Assembly: GCA_049860595.1 (NCBI GenBank)
Contig: CP187551.1
Length of the DNA stretch: 64,000 nucleotides
From: Methanocaldococcus sp. 16A
GTDB lineage: Archaea > AGJL01 > Methanococci > Methanococcales > Methanocaldococcaceae
Reading direction: 5' to 3' (one strand)
A model generated the notes under the pieces. That model was not told where the DNA came from, searched no databases, and saw nothing but the letters and a program-made list of their open reading frames with translations. The translations under genes and the position numbers were made by a program. This document shows positions 29,095 to 39,470 of the stretch, piece by piece (the first letter of the stretch is position 1; every line of letters starts with the position of its first letter).

Positions 29095-29652
29095 ATGAGG
29101 GGAATAAATCCTTATTACTTATATTTGATTGGGAATGGCTTTGTATTTACATTAATAGTTATTTCAATGCAATTATTAGGGATGTTGAGAGTTATATATG
29201 TGATTGGCATAGTTTTTGGAATAGCAATAATTTATTTGGCAATAATATTTTATTCATATTCAAAAGTTAGGAAAATAAACACTGGAAAGCTTATCTATAG
29301 AGGAACTATAAAGATTGGAAATTGGCATCATATATTATTTGGATTGGTTTTTGTTTTATTGGGAATTTTTATTATATATTATTTTGTTAAAGGAATGATG
29401 GCTATTATTTTATCATCATTTATTTTATTTTTAGGTTTTTTAATATCTAATCTTAAACAAACTCACTATTTGTCTATTTACGAAAATGGAGTTGTTGTTG
29501 ATGGAATCGCGTTTTATAATTATGAAGAGATTGAGAAAAAAGAAACTAATGATAAGTTAATATTAAAAATAAGAGGTATACCAAAAGAAATAGTTTTAGA
29601 AAAAACGTCTAATAAGTGGAAATATGAAAATTGGAATTACAAAGATGTATAA
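29095..29652 (+). CDS. Membrane hypothetical protein (about 4 TM plus a soluble C-terminal domain)
   Basis: Hydrophobic ORF in the hmd cluster. Confidence 0.7.
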   Translation: MRGINPYYLYLIGNGFVFTLIVISMQLLGMLRVIYVIGIVFGIAIIYLAIIFYSYSKVRKINTGKLIYRGTIKIGNWHHILFGLVFVLLGIFIIYYFVKGMMAIILSSFILFLGFLISNLKQTHYLSIYENGVVVDGIAFYNYEEIEKKETNDKLILKIRGIPKEIVLEKTSNKWKYENWNYKDV

Positions 29653-30169
29653 AGAAATTGCTGATTTAATTGGCTTAGAGGATTATGAAATAGTCAATCC
29701 ATACAAAGAAAAATGCAATTGTGATTTTTTAATCATATCTAAAGGTTATAAAGATAGAGTAAGGAGATTAAATCCAAATGCTGAGATTTTTGAGGTTAAG
29801 TCAGCAACTTTTAAGGATTTGATTGAAAGTTTAGGAGAATTAAGAAAATTAGGTATTGGAGATGAAGAAAAAATAAATAATTCAATAGAATTCCTAAAAA
29901 ATAAAGAAAAAGAAATAAAAAATTTGGCTAAAGATTTAAATATAGAAGTTAATCCAAAAACAGAGTTTGTTAAAAAAGTTATTGAAGATTTGGGTATAAA
30001 AATTTCTAATAAAGGCATTATAATAATTCCAGACTATTTGAATAAAAATTATAGTAATGCAATTATATTAAAAACACATAACTATGATTTAGAGTTAGTT
30101 GAGAGGATTGAAGATAGGTATCTCCAGATTATAGAAAAGTTGAGGGATTTTTATGAGAGAACTTATTAA
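29624..30169 (+). CDS. Hypothetical protein
   Basis: 181-aa ORF overlapping both neighbours. Confidence 0.7.
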   Translation: MKIGITKMYKEIADLIGLEDYEIVNPYKEKCNCDFLIISKGYKDRVRRLNPNAEIFEVKSATFKDLIESLGELRKLGIGDEEKINNSIEFLKNKEKEIKNLAKDLNIEVNPKTEFVKKVIEDLGIKISNKGIIIIPDYLNKNYSNAIILKTHNYDLELVERIEDRYLQIIEKLRDFYERTY

Positions 30170-31670
30170 AGATGCTGTAAATAATTTGGATTCAGCATTA
30201 GAACTAAGAAAAATAGTAATAAAAAAGTTAAATGAAAAAAAATTAAAAGAAAGCGATATTATTGAGGTCGTTGATGCAGTTGATGATTTATCTTTAGAAG
30301 AGATTCAAAAATTAGGAAGTAATTTAAGAAAATTCCCAATGGGTTGTGATTTGGTTGAAATTGCTGTAGGGCCGTGTTCATCATCATTAACATTAACTCA
30401 ATTTATTGAAAATTGCATATTAACAGATTATATGGGATTTCCAATTCATATCTGTAGTTATGCAGTGGCAGATATTGCTGAAAAAGAAAATCTAAGAGCA
30501 ATAGATGTTTTGAAAATGGTTTTAGAAAATGTTGAAGTCCCTATAGATATAGACCACTTTGGAATGTATGGACCTATGAGATTTCCAAAGGAGATTACTC
30601 ACTGCTATGGGGATTGTTATTATAAAGGTCCGCCATTTAAAGGCTGTCCAAGAGATAGAATTCATAAGAGGTTGATAGAGAAAGAAAAAGAGCATGCTGA
30701 TGAGTTTGAAGATTGGGTTAGATTGGCTTCAACTGTATGTATAAACGTGGTTGAGGAGCAGGGTGGAGAGGAGCATGCTGCTCCATTAGAGGAGATGGAG
30801 GTTGTTGCAAGAACAGCTAAAAAATATGGAAAGGGTTTAGAAGGAATTTTCCATATTGGAGATGGATATGATGATTTAATAACTGGAATTAAGGCATGTA
30901 TTGATTTGGATGTTGATGTGTTTGTTGTTGAGGGAGCTCCATTTAACAGAGCTAAAGATAGGCTAAAAGCGTTTGCTAAAGCTATAGCAGTGTCAAGAAT
31001 CTTAGTTAAGGGAGGGGTTGTAGCAACAAATGGAGCTTATGAGGATGAATGTAGAATTGGGTTGAGGAGTGGTTTAAATGCTATAATAACTGGATTTCCA
31101 TTAAATCACCATGGATATATGTGTGGTTATTCTCCAAAAACTGCAAAAAGAGGTAATTTTGGTTTAAGAAGAGTTATGAGAATAATTAGAGAAGAAATAA
31201 AAGCAGGAAATGTTAATGCAAGCTTTATAGATAAGGAGATAGTTAAAGCAATTGCCTTAGGAAACAACTTTTTAAAAGGAAATATCTATCCTTACAGCAT
31301 TGGAGGGTTTTATTTAGGAGATGCACACTGGGCATCTATAAAAGAAAGTAATCTATGTAGAAAATTAAAAGTGAATAAGACAATTGATGACATCTCTACT
31401 GAAAAAATAGGATTAATTGGAGGAAGGTATATAAGTTGGGCAATTGCTGAAAAGGCAGAGGAAATTTATATTTCAGATGCTGATAGTTGGGTAGAAAAAG
31501 CCACTATCAAAATATTAAATGAAGCAGGAATTAATGCCTATTCATGCAATGGAGATGATAAAAAAGCTGTAGAGAGTTCAAATAAGACTTATATAACAAC
31601 CTTTATTCCAAGTATTGCTTTGAAAATATTTAATAAGCTTAGAGATAGCAGAGTAGAGCTTTTGATTTAA
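30153..31670 (+). CDS. hcgG: FeGP cofactor biosynthesis protein HcgG (HmdC)
   Basis: FPMGCDL, DIDHFG.YGPMRFP, HCYGDCY and TNGAYEDEC motifs; hmd cluster. Confidence 0.9.
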   Translation: MRELIKDAVNNLDSALELRKIVIKKLNEKKLKESDIIEVVDAVDDLSLEEIQKLGSNLRKFPMGCDLVEIAVGPCSSSLTLTQFIENCILTDYMGFPIHICSYAVADIAEKENLRAIDVLKMVLENVEVPIDIDHFGMYGPMRFPKEITHCYGDCYYKGPPFKGCPRDRIHKRLIEKEKEHADEFEDWVRLASTVCINVVEEQGGEEHAAPLEEMEVVARTAKKYGKGLEGIFHIGDGYDDLITGIKACIDLDVDVFVVEGAPFNRAKDRLKAFAKAIAVSRILVKGGVVATNGAYEDECRIGLRSGLNAIITGFPLNHHGYMCGYSPKTAKRGNFGLRRVMRIIREEIKAGNVNASFIDKEIVKAIALGNNFLKGNIYPYSIGGFYLGDAHWASIKESNLCRKLKVNKTIDDISTEKIGLIGGRYISWAIAEKAEEIYISDADSWVEKATIKILNEAGINAYSCNGDDKKAVESSNKTYITTFIPSIALKIFNKLRDSRVELLI

Positions 31671-31766
31671 AATTTTATTAAAATTTTATTTATTTTAGTT
31701 TTCAACATAAATAATTTTAAAATCAAAAAGAAGGTAGTGGAATATTATGACTAAAACAAAAAATAA

Positions 31767-31925
31767 ATTGAAAATACTGATAAAAGAAAATTTAGTGAAG
31801 AATTAAGAAAATTGAATGAGGGGAGTAGATTAAGGATGATGAAACCTATATTTGCTCAAGCATTAGCAGAATATTGTAAATGGGATGATTTACCTGAAGA
31901 ACTAAAAGAATTATTAGAAAATTAA
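31767..31925 (+). pseudogene. 3' remnant of a lost gene
   Basis: Start-less frame IENTDKRKFSEELRK..KPIFAQALAEYCKWDDLPEELKELLEN* with in-frame stops just upstream. Confidence 0.4.
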
Positions 31926-31937
31926 GAAAGTGATGTT

Positions 31938-32238
31938 ATGGATGAGTTAATTTGTAAAGCAATAAAAGAAATGAGAAGATTAAAAATAAACTATAAGGGG
32001 AAAGGCTGGAGAGTTATAGAGCCACATTGTTTTGGTTATGACAGAAAAGGGAAGTAAAAAATTAAGAGCTTATCAAGTAAGTGGATATAGCGAAAGTGGA
32101 AACTCCGAAGGTTGGAAATTATTTAATGTTGAGGATATTAGAGATATAGAAATTCTTAATGAGCAGTTTAACAAACCAAGACCAGGATATAATAGATATG
32201 AAGATAGGCACATACCAGATATAATTTGTAAGATTTAA
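31938..32238 (+). pseudogene. Frameshifted stand-alone WYL-domain protein
   Basis: MDELICKAIKEMRRLKINYKGKGWRVIEPHCFGYDRKG, then a shift at AAAAGGGAAG (~32045-32054) into KKLRAYQVSGYSES..GWKLFNVEDI..PRPGYN. Confidence 0.75.
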
Positions 32239-32251
32239 TTGTGCTTGAAAT

Positions 32252-32941
32252 GTGATAAAAATGAATTGGAAAGGACATACAATTTTGGGGCTTATATTTG
32301 GATTGCCTTTCATCTCTTCTCCAGAACAGATATTTTTGGCATTAGCTGGGGCTTTATATCCAGATTTAGACCATGATGTTAAAGAAGATATTGTTAAAAG
32401 AGGAATTTTAATATCTGGAGGGATTGTTTTTATAAATATATTGCTTTATTTTTTTGATAAAAATTTATTTAATATTGATTTGTTTATTTTGGGAGTTTCA
32501 GTTTTTTTGATATATTTGATTCCATATTTTTCAGAGCATAGGACTTTGACTCATACATTTTGGTCTTTGTTATTTGTATCTTTTATTTTAGGTTATTTGG
32601 CTTATAAACTTTCATTCTTATCTTCAGTTTTTGCTGGGTTGATATCTTTGTTAATGGTTACTAATGAAATTTTACTTGGTAGAGTGATGATTTTTGCAGT
32701 GTTTGCATGGGCTATTTTGGATATTCTAAAATTAAATCCTGGAGTTGATGGAACTTTACATTACATATTGCCAATAATGGCTGGTTATTTATCTCATTTA
32801 GTTGGAGATTCAATGACTCCAGCTGGAGTTAGAGCTTTTTATCCAATATCTAACTATAAATTGAGAAAAAAAGAAGGATATATTTTAGTAGCAATATGGC
32901 TATTAATAGCAGTATATATTTGGAAAGATGTTATTTTTTAG
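32252..32941 (+). CDS. YdjM-like membrane metal-dependent hydrolase
   Basis: KGH, PDLDH, HRTLTH and [13 protein letters not shown] motifs. Confidence 0.9.
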   Translation: MIKMNWKGHTILGLIFGLPFISSPEQIFLALAGALYPDLDHDVKEDIVKRGILISGGIVFINILLYFFDKNLFNIDLFILGVSVFLIYLIPYFSEHRTLTHTFWSLLFVSFILGYLAYKLSFLSSVFAGLISLLMVTNEILLGRVMIFAVFAWAILDILKLNPGVDGTLHYILPIMAGYLSHLVGDSMTPAGVRAFYPISNYKLRKKEGYILVAIWLLIAVYIWKDVIF

Positions 32942-32949
32942 TTTATGTT

Positions 32950-34407
32950 TTATCCAATCTCATAGGATAAAAGTGTTTCTTTAACTTTATTTATCTTTTG
33001 CATTTTTTCATTTACTTCTTTTTCATATTTATTCAATCTCTCTTTAAATGCCTTTATCCTCTTCTCGACCTCTTTTGGAGCAGGACCACCTATAACATCC
33101 CTCATTTTAACATTCTCATAAGGGTCTAATGCCTTTCTTATTTTTTCTTCATCAACTTTCAAATTATATTTTTCTAAAACTTCATAGATAACTTCAATCA
33201 TATCCTTTTTTTCATCAATAGCCTTTCTAACAACTTCTCCAACGATGCCATGAGCTGTTCTAAATGGAATCCCTGTCTCTCTAACCAAAGTATCTGCTAA
33301 TTCTGTTGCTGTTGAGTAATTTGCATTAGCTAACTCTCTCATTCTCTCTTTATTTACTTTTATTGTCTTTAACATCCCATGAACCATTTTTATTGTGTCT
33401 ATTGTTGTATAAACACTATCCCATAAATGTGGGCTAACTTCCTGCAAATCTCTATTGTAAGTGTTAGGCAAAGCTTTTAAAATAGTTAGAGCAGTAACTA
33501 AATTTCCATTTAGCTTAGATAGTTTAGCCCTTGCTATCTCTGCCACATCAGGATTCTTCTTTTGAGGCATTATTGAAGATGTTGAGCAGAACTCGTTAGC
33601 AATCTCAACGGTTCCAAATTCGTAGGTTGAGAATAAAACTAATTCTTCACAAATTTTTGATAAATTAGTTCCTAATATTGCTAAATCTGCCATAGTCTCT
33701 AAGATAAAATCTCTCGCTGAAACACCATCCATTGAGTTCTCTATTAAAGTATCAAAGCCAAGAAGTTCATTAGTTCTCTCTCTATTTATCTTAAATCCAG
33801 TAGTAGCCATTGCCCCACAACCTAACGGTGAGATATTAATCCTTTTGTAGGCATCTAACAACCTTAAAATATCCCTTTCAATTGCTGAAACATAACTTAA
33901 TAGATGATGAGCAAAAGTTGTTGGTTGAGCATGTTGTAAATGTGTATATCCAACAGTTAATGTCTCTTTATGCTCTTCAGCTAATTTTAAGATATCTTTT
34001 AGCATCTCAATCAATGATTTGACTATTATCAAAACCTTCTCTCTTAAGGCAATCCTTAAATCTGTTGCTACTTCATCATTTCTACTTCTTCCAGTATGCA
34101 TTCTTCCTGCTACGTCTTCACCAAGTTTTTTAATTAATTCGCTTTCAATAACCATGTGTATATCATCTAAAGATGGGTCTAAGTTTAGATTTTCCATACC
34201 TTTTTTATAAATTTCTTTTAAACCTTCAATAATCTTTTTTGCATCTTCTTTTTTAATAATATTTTGCTCATAAAGCATTATCACATGAGCAATATCACAT
34301 AAAATATCTGCCTCAAATATTTCTTTATCAAAATCTAAACTTGTTGTGTATTTTGCAACATCTTCTTTTATTGAGTTTCCCAACCTTCCTCTTCTTAAAA
34401 TGTTCAT
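32950..34407 (-). CDS. argH: Argininosuccinate lyase
   Basis: HTGRSRND, GYTHLQHAQP and SSIMPQKKNPD motifs. Confidence 0.98.
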   Translation of the reverse strand: MNILRRGRLGNSIKEDVAKYTTSLDFDKEIFEADILCDIAHVIMLYEQNIIKKEDAKKIIEGLKEIYKKGMENLNLDPSLDDIHMVIESELIKKLGEDVAGRMHTGRSRNDEVATDLRIALREKVLIIVKSLIEMLKDILKLAEEHKETLTVGYTHLQHAQPTTFAHHLLSYVSAIERDILRLLDAYKRINISPLGCGAMATTGFKINRERTNELLGFDTLIENSMDGVSARDFILETMADLAILGTNLSKICEELVLFSTYEFGTVEIANEFCSTSSIMPQKKNPDVAEIARAKLSKLNGNLVTALTILKALPNTYNRDLQEVSPHLWDSVYTTIDTIKMVHGMLKTIKVNKERMRELANANYSTATELADTLVRETGIPFRTAHGIVGEVVRKAIDEKKDMIEVIYEVLEKYNLKVDEEKIRKALDPYENVKMRDVIGGPAPKEVEKRIKAFKERLNKYEKEVNEKMQKINKVKETLLSYEIG

Positions 34408-34504
34408 ATTTTCACCATATTTTAATAATATTATTATTGGTGCTATTTTAGATAATTACAAAATATATAAGTTTTTATATTTACAATTATGAAAAATAAT
34501 AAGG

Positions 34505-34609
34505 ATGTTAGAAGTTATATTTGGAATTTTGACATCTTTAATCTCTGCGGTATATCCTGCATATAAAGCGGCAAATTTAGACCCAATAAAAGCATTAAGA
34601 AATGAATAA
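34505..34609 (+). pseudogene. C-terminal remnant of a MacB/FtsX-type ABC permease
   Basis: ..FGILTSLISAVYPAYKAANLDPIKALRNE*, the typical MacB/LolE C-terminus. Confidence 0.8.
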
Positions 34610-34628
34610 TAAAATTTTTGGTGTAAAC

Positions 34629-35513
34629 ATGGAAAATTTTGAATATGAGCTAAAAATGGCTATAGAGCATATATTAGAAACAAACTATCCAAGAAAGGCG
34701 TTTTGGCACTTTGATGATTTAATTGATGATTTAAAAAGCGGAATTAAAGCTGGAGATGATGCAATAGTTATAAATAACATGGTTGTCAATATGGAAGGCC
34801 CATATCCTTTAAAATTAGGGGCTAAGACAGCTTTAATTCATACAGCATGTGATGTAGTAGCAATGGGGGCTAAGCCAAAATTTGCATTAAATGCTATTCA
34901 AGCAAAAAATGATGAGGAGATAAAATTTGCTGTTGATGGTTTAAGAAAGCAGAGTATAGGTTTAGAGATTCCAATAATTGGAGGAAACACACAAACAGTT
35001 GAAGGTCTAAAATCTTGCATTTCAGTAGCTGTTTTTGGGGAGTTAATTGATGAAAATTTAATAATAAGGGATGGAGGAGCTGAAGAAGGAGATTTATTAA
35101 TTATGCTTGGGGACCCTGTAGAGGGAGATGTTGGAGAGAGAATATATAAAGCAAAGAAAAAATTTGATACATATTTAGAAATCTTAAAGAGAGGAGTAAA
35201 AATAAACGCCTGTAAAGATGCATCAAGGGGAGGATGGTTAGGGAATTTATTAGAGATGTTAATTAAAGCAAAGAAAGGAGCTGAGATAAAATCTCTTCCA
35301 TATCCAAGAGCTACAAGATATTTGGGAACTTATATATTAGCAGCTCCAGAGGAAGAATATAAAAAAGTAGTAGATATTGCATTAAAAAATAAATGTCCTG
35401 TAGTATTGTTTGGTAGAATACTAAAAGAGCCAAAGCTGATTATAGGCACAAAGGAATATATATCTGAAAATAAAATGTTAGAATTAATAAAAAAATTTCC
35501 ATATAAATATTGA
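34629..35513 (+). CDS. AIR synthase (PurM)-related protein
   Basis: AGDDA, CDVVAMGAKP, IIGGNT and KDASRGGW motifs; start adjusted from the ORF track's 34602. Confidence 0.85.
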   Translation: MENFEYELKMAIEHILETNYPRKAFWHFDDLIDDLKSGIKAGDDAIVINNMVVNMEGPYPLKLGAKTALIHTACDVVAMGAKPKFALNAIQAKNDEEIKFAVDGLRKQSIGLEIPIIGGNTQTVEGLKSCISVAVFGELIDENLIIRDGGAEEGDLLIMLGDPVEGDVGERIYKAKKKFDTYLEILKRGVKINACKDASRGGWLGNLLEMLIKAKKGAEIKSLPYPRATRYLGTYILAAPEEEYKKVVDIALKNKCPVVLFGRILKEPKLIIGTKEYISENKMLELIKKFPYKY

Positions 35514-35527
35514 ATTAGGTGTAAGTT

Positions 35528-36766
35528 ATGGTAAAGATTGCTTTATTAACTTGCGGAGCAGAGTGGAGTGGAGTTTATCACGAAATTGAAAAAGCAGCAC
35601 AAAAGGTTGGAGGAGAACTTATTTTCCCTGAAGTTGATTTATCATATATTGATGAAGTTGAAGAGAGATTAGGGTTTAAAGTTGGTTCAGCTAATTTAAA
35701 ATTAATGTTTGCAAGAGCAATGTCTATTATAGAGGGAAATACAGATGCTGAAGCTGTGTTTATAGCTACATGTTTCAGATGTGCTGAAGGAGCTTTGGTT
35801 AGAAATGAAGTAAGAAAGCTAATTCAACAAAACACAAATCTACCAGTTGTTATGTATTCATTTACTGAAAGAACAAAAGCTTCTGAGTTATTAACAAGAA
35901 TGGAAGCTTTAACCACAATTGTTGAAAGAAAATCTTTATTAGCAAGAAAGAAGCAAGAGGGAATAAGTTTAGGTATTGATAGCGGTTCTACAACAACAAA
36001 GGCTGTTGTTATGATAGATGATGAAGTAGCTGGAACAGGATGGATTTATACAAAGGATGTTATTGAATCTGCTAAAGAAGCGGTTAATAATGCTTTAAAA
36101 GAGGCTGGCATATCATTAGACCAAGTTGAAACTATAGGAACTACAGGATATGGAAGATATACCGTTGGAAAATACTTCAACGCTGATTTAATACAAGAAG
36201 AGCTAACGGTTAACTCAAAAGGAGCCGCTTATTTAGCAGATAAACAGGAGGGAGAAGCAACCGTCATAGATATTGGAGGAATGGATAACAAAGCTATCTC
36301 TCTATATGATGCTATCCCAGATGGATTTACAATGGGAGGAATCTGTGCTGGGGCAAGTGGTAGATTCTTTGAGATAACTGCAAGAAGGTTGGGAGTTTCT
36401 CTTCAAGAATTAGGGGAGTTGGCAGCAAAAGGAGATTGGAGAAAGATAAACATGAACAGCTATTGTATAGTCTTTGGTATTCAAGATTTGGTTACTGCCT
36501 TAGCTGAGGGGGCTAAAGCTGAAGATGTAGCAGCTGCAGCTGCTCACTCAGTTGCTGAGCAAGTTTTTGAACAGCAATTGCAAGAGGTTGATGTTAGAGA
36601 CCCAGTTATATTGGTTGGAGGAAGTAGTTTGTTAAAAGGTTTAGTTTTAGCAATGGAAGAGGTTTTAGGAAGGAAGATTATTGTTCCAAGATACTCTCAA
36701 CTAATTGGAGCAGTTGGAGCCGCTTTATTGTCATCAGGATTTAGATACAAGAAGATAAAGGCATAA
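35528..36766 (+). CDS. Methanogenesis marker protein 15 (BadF/BcrA-type ATPase)
   Basis: [26 protein letters not shown] and CAGASGRF motifs. Confidence 0.9.
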   Translation: MVKIALLTCGAEWSGVYHEIEKAAQKVGGELIFPEVDLSYIDEVEERLGFKVGSANLKLMFARAMSIIEGNTDAEAVFIATCFRCAEGALVRNEVRKLIQQNTNLPVVMYSFTERTKASELLTRMEALTTIVERKSLLARKKQEGISLGIDSGSTTTKAVVMIDDEVAGTGWIYTKDVIESAKEAVNNALKEAGISLDQVETIGTTGYGRYTVGKYFNADLIQEELTVNSKGAAYLADKQEGEATVIDIGGMDNKAISLYDAIPDGFTMGGICAGASGRFFEITARRLGVSLQELGELAAKGDWRKINMNSYCIVFGIQDLVTALAEGAKAEDVAAAAAHSVAEQVFEQQLQEVDVRDPVILVGGSSLLKGLVLAMEEVLGRKIIVPRYSQLIGAVGAALLSSGFRYKKIKA

Positions 36767-36821
36767 ATAAATTAGTAATATTTAAATCTTTAAATTTTAA
36801 CTTTTTTAGTGAGGAGAGAAT

Positions 36822-37388
36822 ATGGCTGAGATAGTAGTATATTGTGAAGATAAAGCTGGAAAGGAGATTTATACAAAAGTTATACAAACAGCATTAGAAG
36901 ATTTATTATTAGGAAAATCAATAATTAGAGTAGAATTTATTGCTAAAGAAAAAGAACCATATTTTATATTGGGAGTTCTCCCAAAGCCAACAAGAAAGAT
37001 TATTAAGCTTAGAGATTTTGCTGAAATTGTAGAGCAAAAGAAAGAAAACGATAGAGTAATATACAAATTAAAGATTACTGACGAAACCTATGTTCCACAC
37101 TTATTAAGAAAGATACATGTTATAGACCAACCGTCAAGGTTTGAAATTATTACAGATTCGGATATTGACTTAGATATGGAAGTTTATGATACAAGCAAAG
37201 ATTTTATAGATAAAGTAATGGATTTTATGAATAGAGTGTTTCCAGAGGGTATGAGAATTAGAAACACTTATGTAGGAAAAGCAATAGTTTCTGTAGCTTC
37301 AGAACGCCCAATAAAACCTGAAGAAAATGAAGAAGCTTTAAAATTAAAAGAAAAATTAGAGACAATGAATACTGCTGGCTATTATTAA
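36822..37388 (+). CDS. Methanogenesis marker protein 17
   Basis: EPYFI, DETY and RVFPEGMRIR motifs; follows marker 15. Confidence 0.8.
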   Translation: MAEIVVYCEDKAGKEIYTKVIQTALEDLLLGKSIIRVEFIAKEKEPYFILGVLPKPTRKIIKLRDFAEIVEQKKENDRVIYKLKITDETYVPHLLRKIHVIDQPSRFEIITDSDIDLDMEVYDTSKDFIDKVMDFMNRVFPEGMRIRNTYVGKAIVSVASERPIKPEENEEALKLKEKLETMNTAGYY

Positions 37389-37396
37389 GTCAATCT

Positions 37397-38875
37397 TTAT
37401 AATGTAATATTTAAATTCTTTAGAGATTCTTTTGCATATTTTAAACCTTCATTTTCATCTTTTTCAATATATATCTCCACAGTTTTTTTAGCTATTTCTA
37501 AAAGTTTTTTACTATTCTCTCTTGCTTTAAATGATTGTTGGATTAGTTGGGAGATTTTTTGTTGGATTTGGGGTTCAATTAAGGGTATTGGAAGATTTAA
37601 TATGTCTTCATCTGTGAGAGTAGGATAAGTAGTTCCTGTGTAAAATTTATAACTCCACAAAGAAAAAATGTCTGTTCTTAAAAAAACAAACAATGTTTCA
37701 ATATTTATTTTTTTGTTTTCTTTTTCATGTAAAACTACAAATGCTGTGCTTCCAATCAAATTAGGATATGTCTTTTTTATAAGAGCGATACCTTTTCTAT
37801 AGGTTCTAACTTTAGACACTAACAAATCGTTTTTATCCAACTTTAATTTTGCATTTGCTGGTAAATCTTCCCCTCTAAGATAAGATGGGCTAAAATCTCC
37901 AGTTGAAATATTAACTGAACTTATTTCAACATAGTTATAATATTTTTCTTTATCAACTTTTAATTTATCTGTTTTATGCAAAAATTCCTTTGAAATTGTT
38001 GAATATCCATTTTTGTAATTCTTTATCAATTCTTCAATTTCATCATATTTGGGCTCCCAATATTCAGCATCCAGTCTATCTGCTCTTATAACCTCTGAAA
38101 GATTTCTTATTGAAATGTTTTCATCTTCCACAAATTCTATATTGCCTATTTTTATTTTCTTTGTTTTTGGTTTCCAATTTTTAAGTCCTAATTCTTCTAA
38201 TAATATTTCTTCTGCTTGTTTGTAAAGTTGTTCTGCTTTTTGCCTTTCTTCATAAGCTTTTAAGACAAGTTTTTCTATGAATTTTTGAAAAGTGTCAGAA
38301 GGTATTGGAATTTTAAGATTCATAATGTCATCTTCTGAAATCGCAGGATACATTGTAGCAGTTGTTTTTCTAACAAGTAAATCCCTGTAGTATTTTGTTT
38401 TAAAGAGTATAAATAAGTAACAGGGTTTTATACGATTGCTAATTATTTTTAACTTACAAAATCCTGTACTTGCAACTAATGGTTTTTGTTTTACTTCAAA
38501 AATAAAAGCCACTGCGTTTCTATTAGGCCTAACAGTAGAAATTAAAATATCATTTTTTTCAACAATTTTCTTTGCTCTTGATGGAGCTAAATGGGATGGT
38601 AATGTTTCAACTTCAAAGTCTCCTGTAATTAGATCCACATTAGATATTTCAATATAATAAAATTTATCGTATAATTTAGGATTAAAAGTACTGTATTTAT
38701 TTGAAGCTAAATTATATAGAAAATCATGATTTAAATTTTCTATCTTTTCTTGCAACATTATCCAAGAAGGATCATAATATTCAGCATCAAGCCTTAATTC
38801 TCCTTCTAATTCAGAAACATTAACTATGGAATATTCCACATCATAATATTTTCCTTTATGGGTAGCTGTTATCAT
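37397..38875 (-). CDS. Restriction-modification specificity (HsdS-like) subunit with two TRDs
   Basis: Duplicated RLDAEY; DILIS.VR/DLLVSKVR; MYPAISEDDI/TYPTLTDEDI; coiled-coil spacers. Confidence 0.85.
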   Translation of the reverse strand: MITATHKGKYYDVEYSIVNVSELEGELRLDAEYYDPSWIMLQEKIENLNHDFLYNLASNKYSTFNPKLYDKFYYIEISNVDLITGDFEVETLPSHLAPSRAKKIVEKNDILISTVRPNRNAVAFIFEVKQKPLVASTGFCKLKIISNRIKPCYLFILFKTKYYRDLLVRKTTATMYPAISEDDIMNLKIPIPSDTFQKFIEKLVLKAYEERQKAEQLYKQAEEILLEELGLKNWKPKTKKIKIGNIEFVEDENISIRNLSEVIRADRLDAEYWEPKYDEIEELIKNYKNGYSTISKEFLHKTDKLKVDKEKYYNYVEISSVNISTGDFSPSYLRGEDLPANAKLKLDKNDLLVSKVRTYRKGIALIKKTYPNLIGSTAFVVLHEKENKKINIETLFVFLRTDIFSLWSYKFYTGTTYPTLTDEDILNLPIPLIEPQIQQKISQLIQQSFKARENSKKLLEIAKKTVEIYIEKDENEGLKYAKESLKNLNITL

Positions 38876-38878
38876 TTA

Positions 38879-39469
38879 TTACACCTCATCTTTTATAAGT
38901 ATGCTTAAAATATTATAGCAAGCCTTTATTATCTTATGATTTTCATCTGTTGGTTCCATCTCTCCATGAATTAATTGATTTCTAATCATATACAAAATTT
39001 CAACAAAATATGGCCAGATCTCATCAGGATCATTTTTTACATATATTTTTCCTACTTTTATATAACCCCTAGGTTTCCTTTGTAAGTGAAAACTCCTTAT
39101 ATGGATAAACTCTTTAAAGCTAATTTCATCGAGTTTATTTCCATTCATTTGTGGCTTTATAGATTCTGTTTTTAATATTGTTTTACCCCCAAAAATCCCT
39201 CCATCATAGATTCTTATAAGTTCCCCTAAATACAATCTAAACTCTTTCCCATCATCTGAGTTTTCTTCAAATAGTCGTTTAAATTTTCTTCTTAACACAT
39301 TATCTGTTGTTTTAAGATTTTCAATATAGTCTCGGTCTTTTCTTAAATTTTCATTTTGGAACAATCTCTTATATAAGGCATTAAAAGATAACCATAGCTT
39401 TACAAATGCTGAAAAATAATCAATTTCAGCTTTTCTAAACCATTCTAAACTATTAGATTGACGGGGCAT
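38879..39469 (-). CDS. Stand-alone HEPN-domain protein (putative RNase)
   Basis: FVKLWLSFNALY and LYMIRNQLIHG (Rx4H HEPN motif). Confidence 0.75.
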   Translation of the reverse strand: MPRQSNSLEWFRKAEIDYFSAFVKLWLSFNALYKRLFQNENLRKDRDYIENLKTTDNVLRRKFKRLFEENSDDGKEFRLYLGELIRIYDGGIFGGKTILKTESIKPQMNGNKLDEISFKEFIHIRSFHLQRKPRGYIKVGKIYVKNDPDEIWPYFVEILYMIRNQLIHGEMEPTDENHKIIKACYNILSILIKDEV

Positions 39470-39470
39470 T

